Of a DNA stretch of 12,959 bases, positions 1 through 7,441 are shown piece by piece. A program made the translations under genes and the position numbers. How positions within the stretch are numbered: position 1 is the stretch's first letter; each line of letters starts with the position of its first letter. The notes under the pieces are model-generated. The model was given only the letters and a program-made list of their open reading frames with translations, was not told the origin of the DNA and did not search any database. Source of the DNA: Caldisphaera sp. (GTDB lineage Archaea > Thermoproteota > Thermoprotei_A > Sulfolobales > Acidilobaceae); the NCBI GenBank assembly GCA_049971805.1, contig JBMFKU010000031.1, forward strand, positions 1 to 12,959, in the 5' to 3' direction.

Positions 1-82
1 ATTTCATAACCCCGATTCTGCTCATGCCGAATATCTCTGCAACATCGCTGGGGGATTAAGTATCTCTCACGGCGTCCTCCAC
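1..82 (-). ncRNA. Candidate structured non-coding transcript 5' end (unidentified sRNA, or possibly an rRNA operon 5' leader); runs off the window
   Basis: Positions 1-80 are 50% GC (40/80 by hand count) in otherwise very AT-rich DNA. The - strand folds: TAATCCC (58-52) with GGGGTTA (13-7), and ATGTTG (45-40) with CGGCAT (29-24). These stems use G-U pairs that work only on the - strand. A TATA box lies about 25 nt upstream. Confidence 0.4.
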
Positions 83-104
83 AGTATCTAGAAGTTATTA
101 AAAA

Positions 105-116
105 TATTTAAAAGTT
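105..116 (-). promoter_or_regulatory. TATA box (AACTTTTAAATA) for the leftward transcript
   Basis: TTTAAATA at 112-105 on the - strand, about 25 nt from the start of the GC-rich segment (about 82). Confidence 0.5.
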
Positions 117-245
117 ATGCAGAAAACGTATTAGTCTATTTCTATTGCAATGAAAGTGAGATCAATAGCATCTTGAAAAAAGTTGTAATTCTTGAGGCCT
201 CAAAAACTTTTTTCAGGGAAAGGGCGAGTTAGATAAATAACTATA

Positions 246-287
246 GGAAATTATATAAATTCTAAACATGTAAGATTTATTAAGGAG
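246..287 (+). promoter_or_regulatory. BRE-TATA promoter and SD of the ttuA/ncs6-like gene
   Basis: GGAAA (246-250), then TTATATAA (251-258), then AGGAG (283-287) 8 nt before ATG 296. Confidence 0.6.
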
Positions 288-295
288 TTATAGTA

Positions 296-1297
296 ATGGC
301 AAATAAAAATCTATGTGAGGAATGTGGAATTAGACAAGCAGAAATATATCAATCGCATAGCAATAGAAAGCTGTGTAGAGAATGCTTTATAGAGGATGTA
401 AGCAAAAGGGTAATTAATGAAATAAAGAAATGGAATATGATAGGCAGTAATGATACGATTTTAATGGCATTAAGTGGGGGAAAGGATGGTTATGTATTAC
501 TTGATGTATTGAGCAGAAATTATAAATCTAATAAGCTAGTAGGATTGAATATAATAGAAGGGATTCATGGGTATAACAAAGAAGAAGATGCAAAATACTT
601 AGCAAATACTGCAAAGGAAATGGGAATTGATATAATAATTACCAGTGTAAAAGATTACATTGGATATAGCATGGATGAGATTGTTAAGAAATCATTCGAT
701 GCCAAAACTAGGTTAACTCCATGTACATATTGCGGATTAATTAGAAGAAGGATTATGAATTATTTTGCAAGGGAAATTGGAGCTACAAAATTAGCAACGG
801 CTCACAATCTTGATGACGAAAGTCAGACTGCAGTAGTAAATTTACTGAAAGGAGATATTTCAAGCCTGCTAAAACAGCATCCTAACACGAAAATTGTAGA
901 AGATGATATGTTAGTACATAGGATTAAGCCTTTGAGGAAGATTTATGAATGGGAAACAGCCACTTATTCTTTTTTAAAGGGATTTCATTTACAAGAGACA
1001 GAATGCCCGTACATAAATATGGCACCAACTCTAAGAGCAAAGGTCAGAAGGGAGCTATATAATTATGAAAAAGAAAACCCAGGCGTATTGTTAAAATTTA
1101 TGGATACATTAGATGAGATATTGGAAATGTTTAATACAAAAAATACTTTAACAAAATTAAGTAGGTGCATTAAATGCGGTGAGCCCACCGCTATAGGTAG
1201 AAAATATTGTAAGCTTTGTGAGCTGCTATCGAATATAGGCATAGATAATCCTAAGTATGCTTTATTAAAATTGCCAAAGAAAAACGTAGTGATATGA
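296..1297 (+). CDS. TtuA/Ncs6 (NcsA, TIGR00269-like) tRNA 2-thiolation PP-loop ATPase
   Basis: N-terminal Zn finger CEEC...CREC, PP-loop SGGKDG, CTYC plus ECPY cysteines (Fe-S ligands in this family), ATAHNLDDE motif, C-terminal Zn finger CIKC...CKLC. Confidence 0.9.
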   Translation: MANKNLCEECGIRQAEIYQSHSNRKLCRECFIEDVSKRVINEIKKWNMIGSNDTILMALSGGKDGYVLLDVLSRNYKSNKLVGLNIIEGIHGYNKEEDAKYLANTAKEMGIDIIITSVKDYIGYSMDEIVKKSFDAKTRLTPCTYCGLIRRRIMNYFAREIGATKLATAHNLDDESQTAVVNLLKGDISSLLKQHPNTKIVEDDMLVHRIKPLRKIYEWETATYSFLKGFHLQETECPYINMAPTLRAKVRRELYNYEKENPGVLLKFMDTLDEILEMFNTKNTLTKLSRCIKCGEPTAIGRKYCKLCELLSNIGIDNPKYALLKLPKKNVVI

Positions 1298-2358
1298 AAT
1301 TGGTCTGCAATATTTCATTAAATAAATATTCTAGATTTTTTGGAAAGGATTTGTATTATATTGATAAACCAATTCCTTTAATGGGTCACATAGCATTTGG
1401 GATTATAGATAGAGGAACGAATGTAATTCAAATAAGACCTTCAACACTGTGCTTTCATGATTGTATATTTTGTAGCGTTGATGCTGGACCTAACTCAAAA
1501 AATAGGAGAAACGAATATATAGTAGATGAATATTGGCTAAAGGATTGGGTTGAAGAAATATCAAGAATAAAAGGAAAAGGGATAGAAGCTTTAATAGATG
1601 GTGTTGGAGAACCAATAACTCATCCGAAAATCTTAAAAATTATTTCATTGCTTAGGCAAATAAAGGAAATTGATAATATAGTAATGGAAACACATGGAGG
1701 ATCTTTATCTTTTATTTTGGCTAAACAGCTTGAGAAAGCTGGGTTAAATAGAATAAATCTTAGCATAGACACATTAAATCCAGAAAAAGCAAAAATTTTA
1801 ACGAACTCGTATTGGTATGATGTATCAAAAGTTTTAGAGGTTGCTGAAAAAATTATAAAAGAAACAAATTTAGATATTATATTAACGCCAGTAATTGTAC
1901 CAGGTTATAATGAAGAAGACATGAAGCAGATAATAAATTGGGCAAAAAATAATAAATTGGGCAAAAAAAGCAATTTGCCAACTGGAGTTTTGATACAAAA
2001 GTTTGAAGTTCATCATTTTGGAAGGAAACCCAATAAAGTGAAGAGTTGGTCATGGGATAAGTTCTATAGCTATTTGAAAAAGCTTGAAGCAGAAACAAAT
2101 TATAGATTAATAGTTAGACCTGATGAATTAGGATTTAGAAAGACCACAAAAATAGAAGTTCCTTATAATATAAATGAAAAGGTAAAAATAAATATAATAG
2201 GTGCAGGCTGGTTAAGAAGCGAATATTTGGGTGTAGACAAAAATTGTTTAAGGGTTATTACAGTAATATCTCCACGTCTAGAGCTTAAGGATAATACGGA
2301 AATATATGGTAAAATAATTAGAAATAAGGATAATATATTTGTTGCAAAACTTTTATAA
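1294..2358 (+). CDS. Radical SAM protein, archaeal uncharacterised family (COG2100-like) with probable C-terminal TRAM-like beta domain
   Basis: CxxxCxxC (CFHDCIFC), DGVGEP, ETHG, RINLSIDT motifs and N-terminal FGIIDRGTNVIQIRP. The C-terminus is beta-rich, ending IIRNKDNIFVA. ATGA overlap with the upstream stop. Confidence 0.85.
   Translation: MKLVCNISLNKYSRFFGKDLYYIDKPIPLMGHIAFGIIDRGTNVIQIRPSTLCFHDCIFCSVDAGPNSKNRRNEYIVDEYWLKDWVEEISRIKGKGIEALIDGVGEPITHPKILKIISLLRQIKEIDNIVMETHGGSLSFILAKQLEKAGLNRINLSIDTLNPEKAKILTNSYWYDVSKVLEVAEKIIKETNLDIILTPVIVPGYNEEDMKQIINWAKNNKLGKKSNLPTGVLIQKFEVHHFGRKPNKVKSWSWDKFYSYLKKLEAETNYRLIVRPDELGFRKTTKIEVPYNINEKVKINIIGAGWLRSEYLGVDKNCLRVITVISPRLELKDNTEIYGKIIRNKDNIFVAKLL
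1930..1968 (+). repeat. Perfect 19-nt tandem direct repeat (TAATAAATTGGGCAAAAAA x2) inside the CDS
   Basis: 1931-1949 is identical to 1950-1968; period 19 also holds at 1930/1949. Confidence 0.95.
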
Positions 2359-2410
2359 AACTATAAATTAATTTTATTAAAAGATCTAAGCGTAGCGAGA
2401 GAAAGGGGAG
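2346..2410 (+). promoter_or_regulatory. Probable internal promoter and SD for the hypothetical-ileS-cas4-moxR-vWA unit
   Basis: AAAAC-TTTTATAA (2346-2358) overlaps the radical SAM stop. There is an alternative TTTATTAA at 2373-2380 and a GGGGAG SD at 2405-2410 before TTG 2415. Confidence 0.4.
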
Positions 2411-2414
2411 AAGG

Positions 2415-2666
2415 TTGCAATACAAAAAATTATATAGGATTTATTACACGGCATTCGATGATAAAATTAATGAGATCGTTGTAAATGAACTTAAAGAAAA
2501 ATATAAAACCAACATAAATATAATTAAATCCATTTTAGTCCCAGAATTTAGGGCCTTGGAGTTAAATCTTAATAAAGAAGGATTTAGTAACGAAATTAAA
2601 GAACTAGTCTCTTCATTAACTAATTCAAAATATGTAAGAGTGGATTTTATAGATACATCTATTTGA
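2415..2666 (+). CDS. Small hypothetical protein (83 aa, TTG start)
   Basis: Fills the gap between the radical SAM gene and ileS, has a good SD, and its TGA overlaps the GAGGT SD of ileS. The hydrophobic pattern suggests an alternating beta/alpha fold (inference). Confidence 0.7.
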   Translation: MQYKKLYRIYYTAFDDKINEIVVNELKEKYKTNINIIKSILVPEFRALELNLNKEGFSNEIKELVSSLTNSKYVRVDFIDTSI

Positions 2667-2677
2667 GGTAGTTAAAA

Positions 2678-5600
2678 ATGAAAATAAATGAAAAGATATC
2701 TAAGGAAAAATATGATCAACGATTTATAGAAAGTTATGTAAAGGATTATTGGGAGAAAAACAATGTTTATCAATTAATAAAGGAAAAAAGCAAACTATCA
2801 AACAAAAAGTTTTATTTTCTAGATGGTCCTCCTTATGCAAATGCCAATACAATTCATGTTGGTACATTGTGGAATAAGGTTTTAAAGGACACATTATTAA
2901 GGTATTATAGAATGAAAGGATTCAATGTTTGGGATAAGCCAGGATTTGACACACACGGCTTGCCAATAGAAGTTATGATAGAGAAGGAGCTTGGTACAAA
3001 TAATAAAAAGGATATAGTAACAAAAATAGGAGTTGATAATTTTATTAATAAATGTTTAGAATTTGTTAAAGGTAATATAGATGCTATGTCAAAGGACTTT
3101 AAAGAAGTTGGAGTATTTATGGATTGGGAAAACCCATATATAACATATGAAAACTCATACATAGAATCTGGTTGGTATTTAATAAAGAAAGCCTATGAAA
3201 AGGGGTTATTATATAGAGGAAGAAATGTGTTACACTGGTGTCCTAGATGTGAGACGACTTTAGCAGACTATGAAGTTTCTGAGTATAGAGAACTAGAAGA
3301 CCCTTCTATTTATGTTAAGTTTAAGGTTAAAAACGAAAAGAATAGATATTTATTGATCTGGACTACAACTCCATGGACTTTACCAGCAAATGCATTTGTT
3401 ATGGCGCATCCTGATGTAGAATATGTAATAGTCAAAGTAAACGATGAAGAATTAATACTATCTAAAGATAGACTAAAAAAGGTTATGGAGGAAGTCAATG
3501 CCAAAAATTATAATGTAATAAAAGAATTAAAGGGAAAAGACTTGGAAAATCTTGAGTATATACATCCATTAGAGGATGTTGTTAATGCCCAAAAAGATTT
3601 AAGAAAATATCATAAAGTAGTTATGGCACCAGAGGCAGTAATAAGTGGCGAAGGAACAGGTCTAGTCCATTCAGCTCCTGGGCATGGAGAAATAGATGCC
3701 ATTGTAGGATCAAAGATTGGTGTGCCTTTAGTTAGCCTGGTAAATGATCAAGGATATATGGTTAGTGAAGCAGGTAAATATGCAGGGCTATACTTTAGAA
3801 CTGATGCTAATGAAAGAATAATTAAAGATTTAAAAGAAAAAAATGCTTTATTTTATTCAGGAAAAATAAAACATAGATATCCGGTTTGTTGGAGATGCAA
3901 AACACCTCTACTGTTAAAAGCAACAGATCAATGGTTTATTGCAGTTTCTAAAATAAGAGATCAACTTGTAAAAGAGGCGGAAAATATAGAATGGGTTCCA
4001 GAATGGGCTAAGTCAAGATTTATGAATATAGTTGAAAATGTAAGAGATTGGGTTATAAGTAGGCAAAGATTTTGGGGAATTCCTTTACCAATTTGGGTCT
4101 GTGAAAATTGCGGCCATATAGAGGTTTTAGAGAGCACTGATGATATAGAAAGGCTTGGTGGTAAAAAGCCCAAGAACTTGCACAGACCTTGGATAGACGA
4201 GGTTACATTAAAATGTCCCAAATGCAATTCAAATATGAAAAGAGTTGAAGATGTTTTAGATGTTTGGTTTGATAGCGGTATATCATTTTATGCAAGTTTA
4301 GGTTATCCAAGGATAAAAGAACTTTATGAAAAACTTTCTCCAGCAGATTTAATTTTAGAAGGTCATGATCAAACAAGGGGCTGGTTCTTCAGTTTATTAA
4401 GAAGTGGAATAATTGGCTTTAATAAATCGCCATATAAAAGAGTGTTATTGCATGGTTTTGTATTAGATGAACAAGGTAGAGAGATGCATAAATCATTGGG
4501 AAACTATGTCTCTTTTGAAGAATTGATATCAAGATATCCTAGAGATGTAATAAGATATTATGTTCTTCAAAACACTACCTGGGAGGATTTAAGATTTTCA
4601 TGGCGTAATATAGAACAGATATCGAGAAACTTTTCTATAATTTGGAATGTTTTTTCATTCTCATCTATGTACATGAGTTTGGATAAATTTGATCCAAAGG
4701 AAAATGATATAAACAACTTACCATTAGAAATGGAAGATAAATGGTTGATTTCAAGAATTAACAGTTTATTGAGAAAATATAACTTATTGTATTCGTCTTT
4801 AGATGTCCATAATGTAGCAAGGTTATTGTTTGGATTTATTATAGATGATGTTAGTCATTGGTATTTAAAGTTAATTAGAAAGAGGGTATGGGAGGAAGAA
4901 GATAATCCAAGCAAAAGAGCAGCTTACGCAACTTTATATTATGCGCTTAAAAACTGGTTGTTATTAGCTTCACCAATAATACCCTTTATCTCTGAATATT
5001 TATATCAAAATTTCATAAAATTGGCAGAGCCTGAATTACCAGACAGCATATCTTTATTAGAAATACCCGATGCCGATATAACAAAGGTAGATGAGAACTT
5101 AGAAGAAAGAATGGATTTAGCTAGAAAAATAGTAGAAGCCATTATATCAGCAAGAATGAAAGCAGGAATAAAGATAAGGTTTCCAATAAAAAACGTTATG
5201 ATTTCATTAAATAATAAGGAATTAGCTGAAAAAATAATATATATGGAAAAACCAATTAAAGAATTGGCTAATATTAAACAAATTCAATTAGTTGGTCCAG
5301 AATTTTTTGAACAAGCAAAGATTTACAAGCTGGAGCCCATTTACAAAGAACTTGGACCATTATTTAAAAAAGATTTACCTTCAATACTAGATTCTATTAA
5401 ATCTAAAGAAGAAGAAATAGGGTTATCATTAATTAAGCAAGGTAGCTATAAGTTGAATATAAATGGTAGTACATTTACTTTAGAACCAAGGCACTTTAAA
5501 ATACAAGCTTCATACCCCGATTGGTTGGAGGTTGTAGATGCAGATTTCGGAATAATAGCAATTGACAAGAGATTTAGTGAAAATGAATATTTAGAAGGTG

Positions 5601-5851
5601 TCGCAAGAGAAATAATTAGAAGAATACAGTATATGAGAAAGCAATTAGATTTACCAGTTGATTCATTTATAGAAACATGGATTTATGGCGATGAGGAATA
5701 TATAGAAGACATAAAAAGATCAGAAAAATATATTAAAAATGAAACTAGAAGTACAAATATAGTATATGATAACCCACCTAAAGATGTTTTTGTAAGGGAA
5801 TGGGAGGTAGAAGAGAAACGTATAACAATAGGAATAAAGAAAAAGCAATAA
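2678..5851 (+). CDS. ileS: Isoleucine--tRNA ligase (archaeal/eukaryote-type)
   Basis: FLDGPPYAN, HIGH-equivalent HVGT, GFDTHGLPIE, editing-domain WTTTPWT and GTGLVHSAPGHGEID, DWVISRQRFWG, DVWFDSG, EGHDQTRGWF, KMSKS-equivalent EMHKS; 1057 aa. Confidence 0.97.
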   Translation: MKINEKISKEKYDQRFIESYVKDYWEKNNVYQLIKEKSKLSNKKFYFLDGPPYANANTIHVGTLWNKVLKDTLLRYYRMKGFNVWDKPGFDTHGLPIEVMIEKELGTNNKKDIVTKIGVDNFINKCLEFVKGNIDAMSKDFKEVGVFMDWENPYITYENSYIESGWYLIKKAYEKGLLYRGRNVLHWCPRCETTLADYEVSEYRELEDPSIYVKFKVKNEKNRYLLIWTTTPWTLPANAFVMAHPDVEYVIVKVNDEELILSKDRLKKVMEEVNAKNYNVIKELKGKDLENLEYIHPLEDVVNAQKDLRKYHKVVMAPEAVISGEGTGLVHSAPGHGEIDAIVGSKIGVPLVSLVNDQGYMVSEAGKYAGLYFRTDANERIIKDLKEKNALFYSGKIKHRYPVCWRCKTPLLLKATDQWFIAVSKIRDQLVKEAENIEWVPEWAKSRFMNIVENVRDWVISRQRFWGIPLPIWVCENCGHIEVLESTDDIERLGGKKPKNLHRPWIDEVTLKCPKCNSNMKRVEDVLDVWFDSGISFYASLGYPRIKELYEKLSPADLILEGHDQTRGWFFSLLRSGIIGFNKSPYKRVLLHGFVLDEQGREMHKSLGNYVSFEELISRYPRDVIRYYVLQNTTWEDLRFSWRNIEQISRNFSIIWNVFSFSSMYMSLDKFDPKENDINNLPLEMEDKWLISRINSLLRKYNLLYSSLDVHNVARLLFGFIIDDVSHWYLKLIRKRVWEEEDNPSKRAAYATLYYALKNWLLLASPIIPFISEYLYQNFIKLAEPELPDSISLLEIPDADITKVDENLEERMDLARKIVEAIISARMKAGIKIRFPIKNVMISLNNKELAEKIIYMEKPIKELANIKQIQLVGPEFFEQAKIYKLEPIYKELGPLFKKDLPSILDSIKSKEEEIGLSLIKQGSYKLNINGSTFTLEPRHFKIQASYPDWLEVVDADFGIIAIDKRFSENEYLEGVAREIIRRIQYMRKQLDLPVDSFIETWIYGDEEYIEDIKRSEKYIKNETRSTNIVYDNPPKDVFVREWEVEEKRITIGIKKKQ

Positions 5852-6492
5852 TTTATCCAAGCGAAATACATTCATACTTTTATTGTCCAAGAGTATTTTT
5901 CTTTGAAAAACACCTTAAGAAAAAACCTAGCTTAATGAATAGATTTAGGCTTTTTTTAGGTACGTTGTTCCATTTATCTTTTAGAATTAGAGATGTTATT
6001 AAAAGATATTCTTATGAGATTCCACTTGAAACCGATTTAGGAAATGTAAAAATCAGAGGTAGACCTGATGCATTTAAAATAGATAATGAATTAGCTTATA
6101 TAATAGAAAGAAAAAGTTCGAAATCACCATATAAAGGAGCTTGGATAAGTGATATAATGCAAGCTACTGCGTATGGGATTATCATTACTAGAGAAAAACA
6201 ATTATCACAAGCTAAAATAGAAATTAGATATCCCAATGATAAAAGATATTTCTTGATGGATTCCAAATTAACATCTCTTGTCTTAAAAGGCATAGATGAT
6301 ATGATATTGATAAAGTATTATGGCATATTGCCATATGCAAAAAGAGGAAATAGATGTAAGACATGCCCGTATAGAGATGAATGCTTTATGTTAGATGAAG
6401 ACATGGACGATTATAAAAATGATTTATTTGAAAATGGAAGTTGGATAGAAAAATTAAACTTATTGGTGCAGGAAGATCACTCTAATACTTAG
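5800..6492 (+). CDS. cas4: Solo Cas4-family PD-(D/E)XK nuclease with 4Fe-4S cysteines (start codon uncertain)
   Basis: PSEIHSYFYCPR (Cys 1), GTLFH, GRPD, IERK (ExK), QATAY (QxxxY) and CKTCPYRDEC (Cys 2-4) give the complete Cas4/RecB-like signature. No other cas genes or array in the window. Confidence 0.85.
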   Translation: MGGRRETYNNRNKEKAIIYPSEIHSYFYCPRVFFFEKHLKKKPSLMNRFRLFLGTLFHLSFRIRDVIKRYSYEIPLETDLGNVKIRGRPDAFKIDNELAYIIERKSSKSPYKGAWISDIMQATAYGIIITREKQLSQAKIEIRYPNDKRYFLMDSKLTSLVLKGIDDMILIKYYGILPYAKRGNRCKTCPYRDECFMLDEDMDDYKNDLFENGSWIEKLNLLVQEDHSNT

Positions 6493-6508
6493 AAAGGGAT
6501 AGTTGAGA

Positions 6509-7441
6509 ATGTCAGAAAATGAAGATATAATTGAGAAAAAAGTACATGAAATTTATAGCGGGATAGCTCAGAAAGGGTTAATGATTAGAGACCCAAAAGA
6601 AGCTGTTAAAATACTAGAAAAAAATTATAAGCTAATAGTTGATGAGAAAATTGTAAAACTAGTTTATGCTTCATTTTTAAATGGTAAACCAGTTTTGTTT
6701 GAGGGACCACCTGGTACTGGGAAAACAGAAATTGGTGAGGCATTACTTGAATTATGGAGTGGTAAGAAAAGTTTTTTGCTTCCTTGCAGTGAAAATTATG
6801 ATGAATATAAAGTTATTGGAGACTTTCATCCTTTAATGGCAATGAAGATGGGCTTTACTGAAGAATCCTTTGTTCCAAGGCCAATGCTAGCTGCGATGTT
6901 ATTAGATGCTGGTATTTTGGTAGACGAAATAAGAAGAAGTAGCGACGAGTTTCAGAATTTATTGTTAGATATAATTGATAAGAGAAGAATAGTTGTTCCA
7001 GAGCTTAAGAGAATTTTTCATGCATCAGGGTCTGGATTTCAAATAATTTTTACGAGCAATCCTGATGATGTAGCCCAAAACGAGTTAAGCGATGCATTTT
7101 TAAGGAGAGTTATTAGAATAAAGTTTGATTATCCAAGTAAGGAAATTGAAAGCAAGATAGTTAAAATAAGAAGCCTTGACGAGCCTAATATATCGAATGA
7201 TATGATTAACATAATTTTGAAAATAATAATTAAATTAAGAGAAAGTTCAATATTACATAAACCTGGGGTTGATGAAACGGTTACTTGGGCAAAAATGGCA
7301 CAATTTTTGGCTAAATTAGAAAATGAAGATCAAGTAAGTATGAAGCATATAAAAGAGTCTGCTATTTCATTATTATCCAAGAGATCCGAAGATGAAAAAA
7401 TAATTGAAAATGTGATAAACGATGTCATATCCCAGTATTAA
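6509..7441 (+). CDS. MoxR-family AAA+ ATPase
   Basis: Walker A GPPGTGKT, Walker B ILVDE, FQNLLL, sensor TSNP, Arg finger LSDAFLRR, lid KPGVDE. ATG 6509 is preferred over TTG 6503 because of its spacing from GGGAT (6496-6500). Confidence 0.9.
   Translation: MSENEDIIEKKVHEIYSGIAQKGLMIRDPKEAVKILEKNYKLIVDEKIVKLVYASFLNGKPVLFEGPPGTGKTEIGEALLELWSGKKSFLLPCSENYDEYKVIGDFHPLMAMKMGFTEESFVPRPMLAAMLLDAGILVDEIRRSSDEFQNLLLDIIDKRRIVVPELKRIFHASGSGFQIIFTSNPDDVAQNELSDAFLRRVIRIKFDYPSKEIESKIVKIRSLDEPNISNDMINIILKIIIKLRESSILHKPGVDETVTWAKMAQFLAKLENEDQVSMKHIKESAISLLSKRSEDEKIIENVINDVISQY

Noticed and set aside
1-82. RNase P RNA, tRNA or canonical H/ACA guide
   Set aside because: GCAGAATCGGGGTTA loosely resembles the RNase P 3' P4 strand, but the GAGGAAAGUCC-type 5' motif is missing and the span is far too short. 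There is no cloverleaf or TTCRA T-loop, and no ACA box after the stem.
142-168. CTATTG-N15-CAATAG inverted repeat
   Set aside because: Only 6-bp AT-rich arms; expected by chance.
211-227. TTTCAGGGAAAGGGCG as an origin recognition box (ORB)
   Set aside because: Single copy, spacing differs from TTCCAGTGGAAA-type boxes, and there is no cdc6/orc1 gene in the window.
2855-4495. IleRS HVGT and EMHKS deviating from HIGH and KMSKS
   Set aside because: To my knowledge such variants are normal in crenarchaeal IleRS, and all other catalytic and editing motifs are intact.
5800-6492. CRISPR-Cas locus or integrated virus
   Set aside because: No repeat-spacer array, cas1/cas2/effector genes, integrase or att-like repeats were seen. 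Base composition looks like that of the flanking housekeeping genes.
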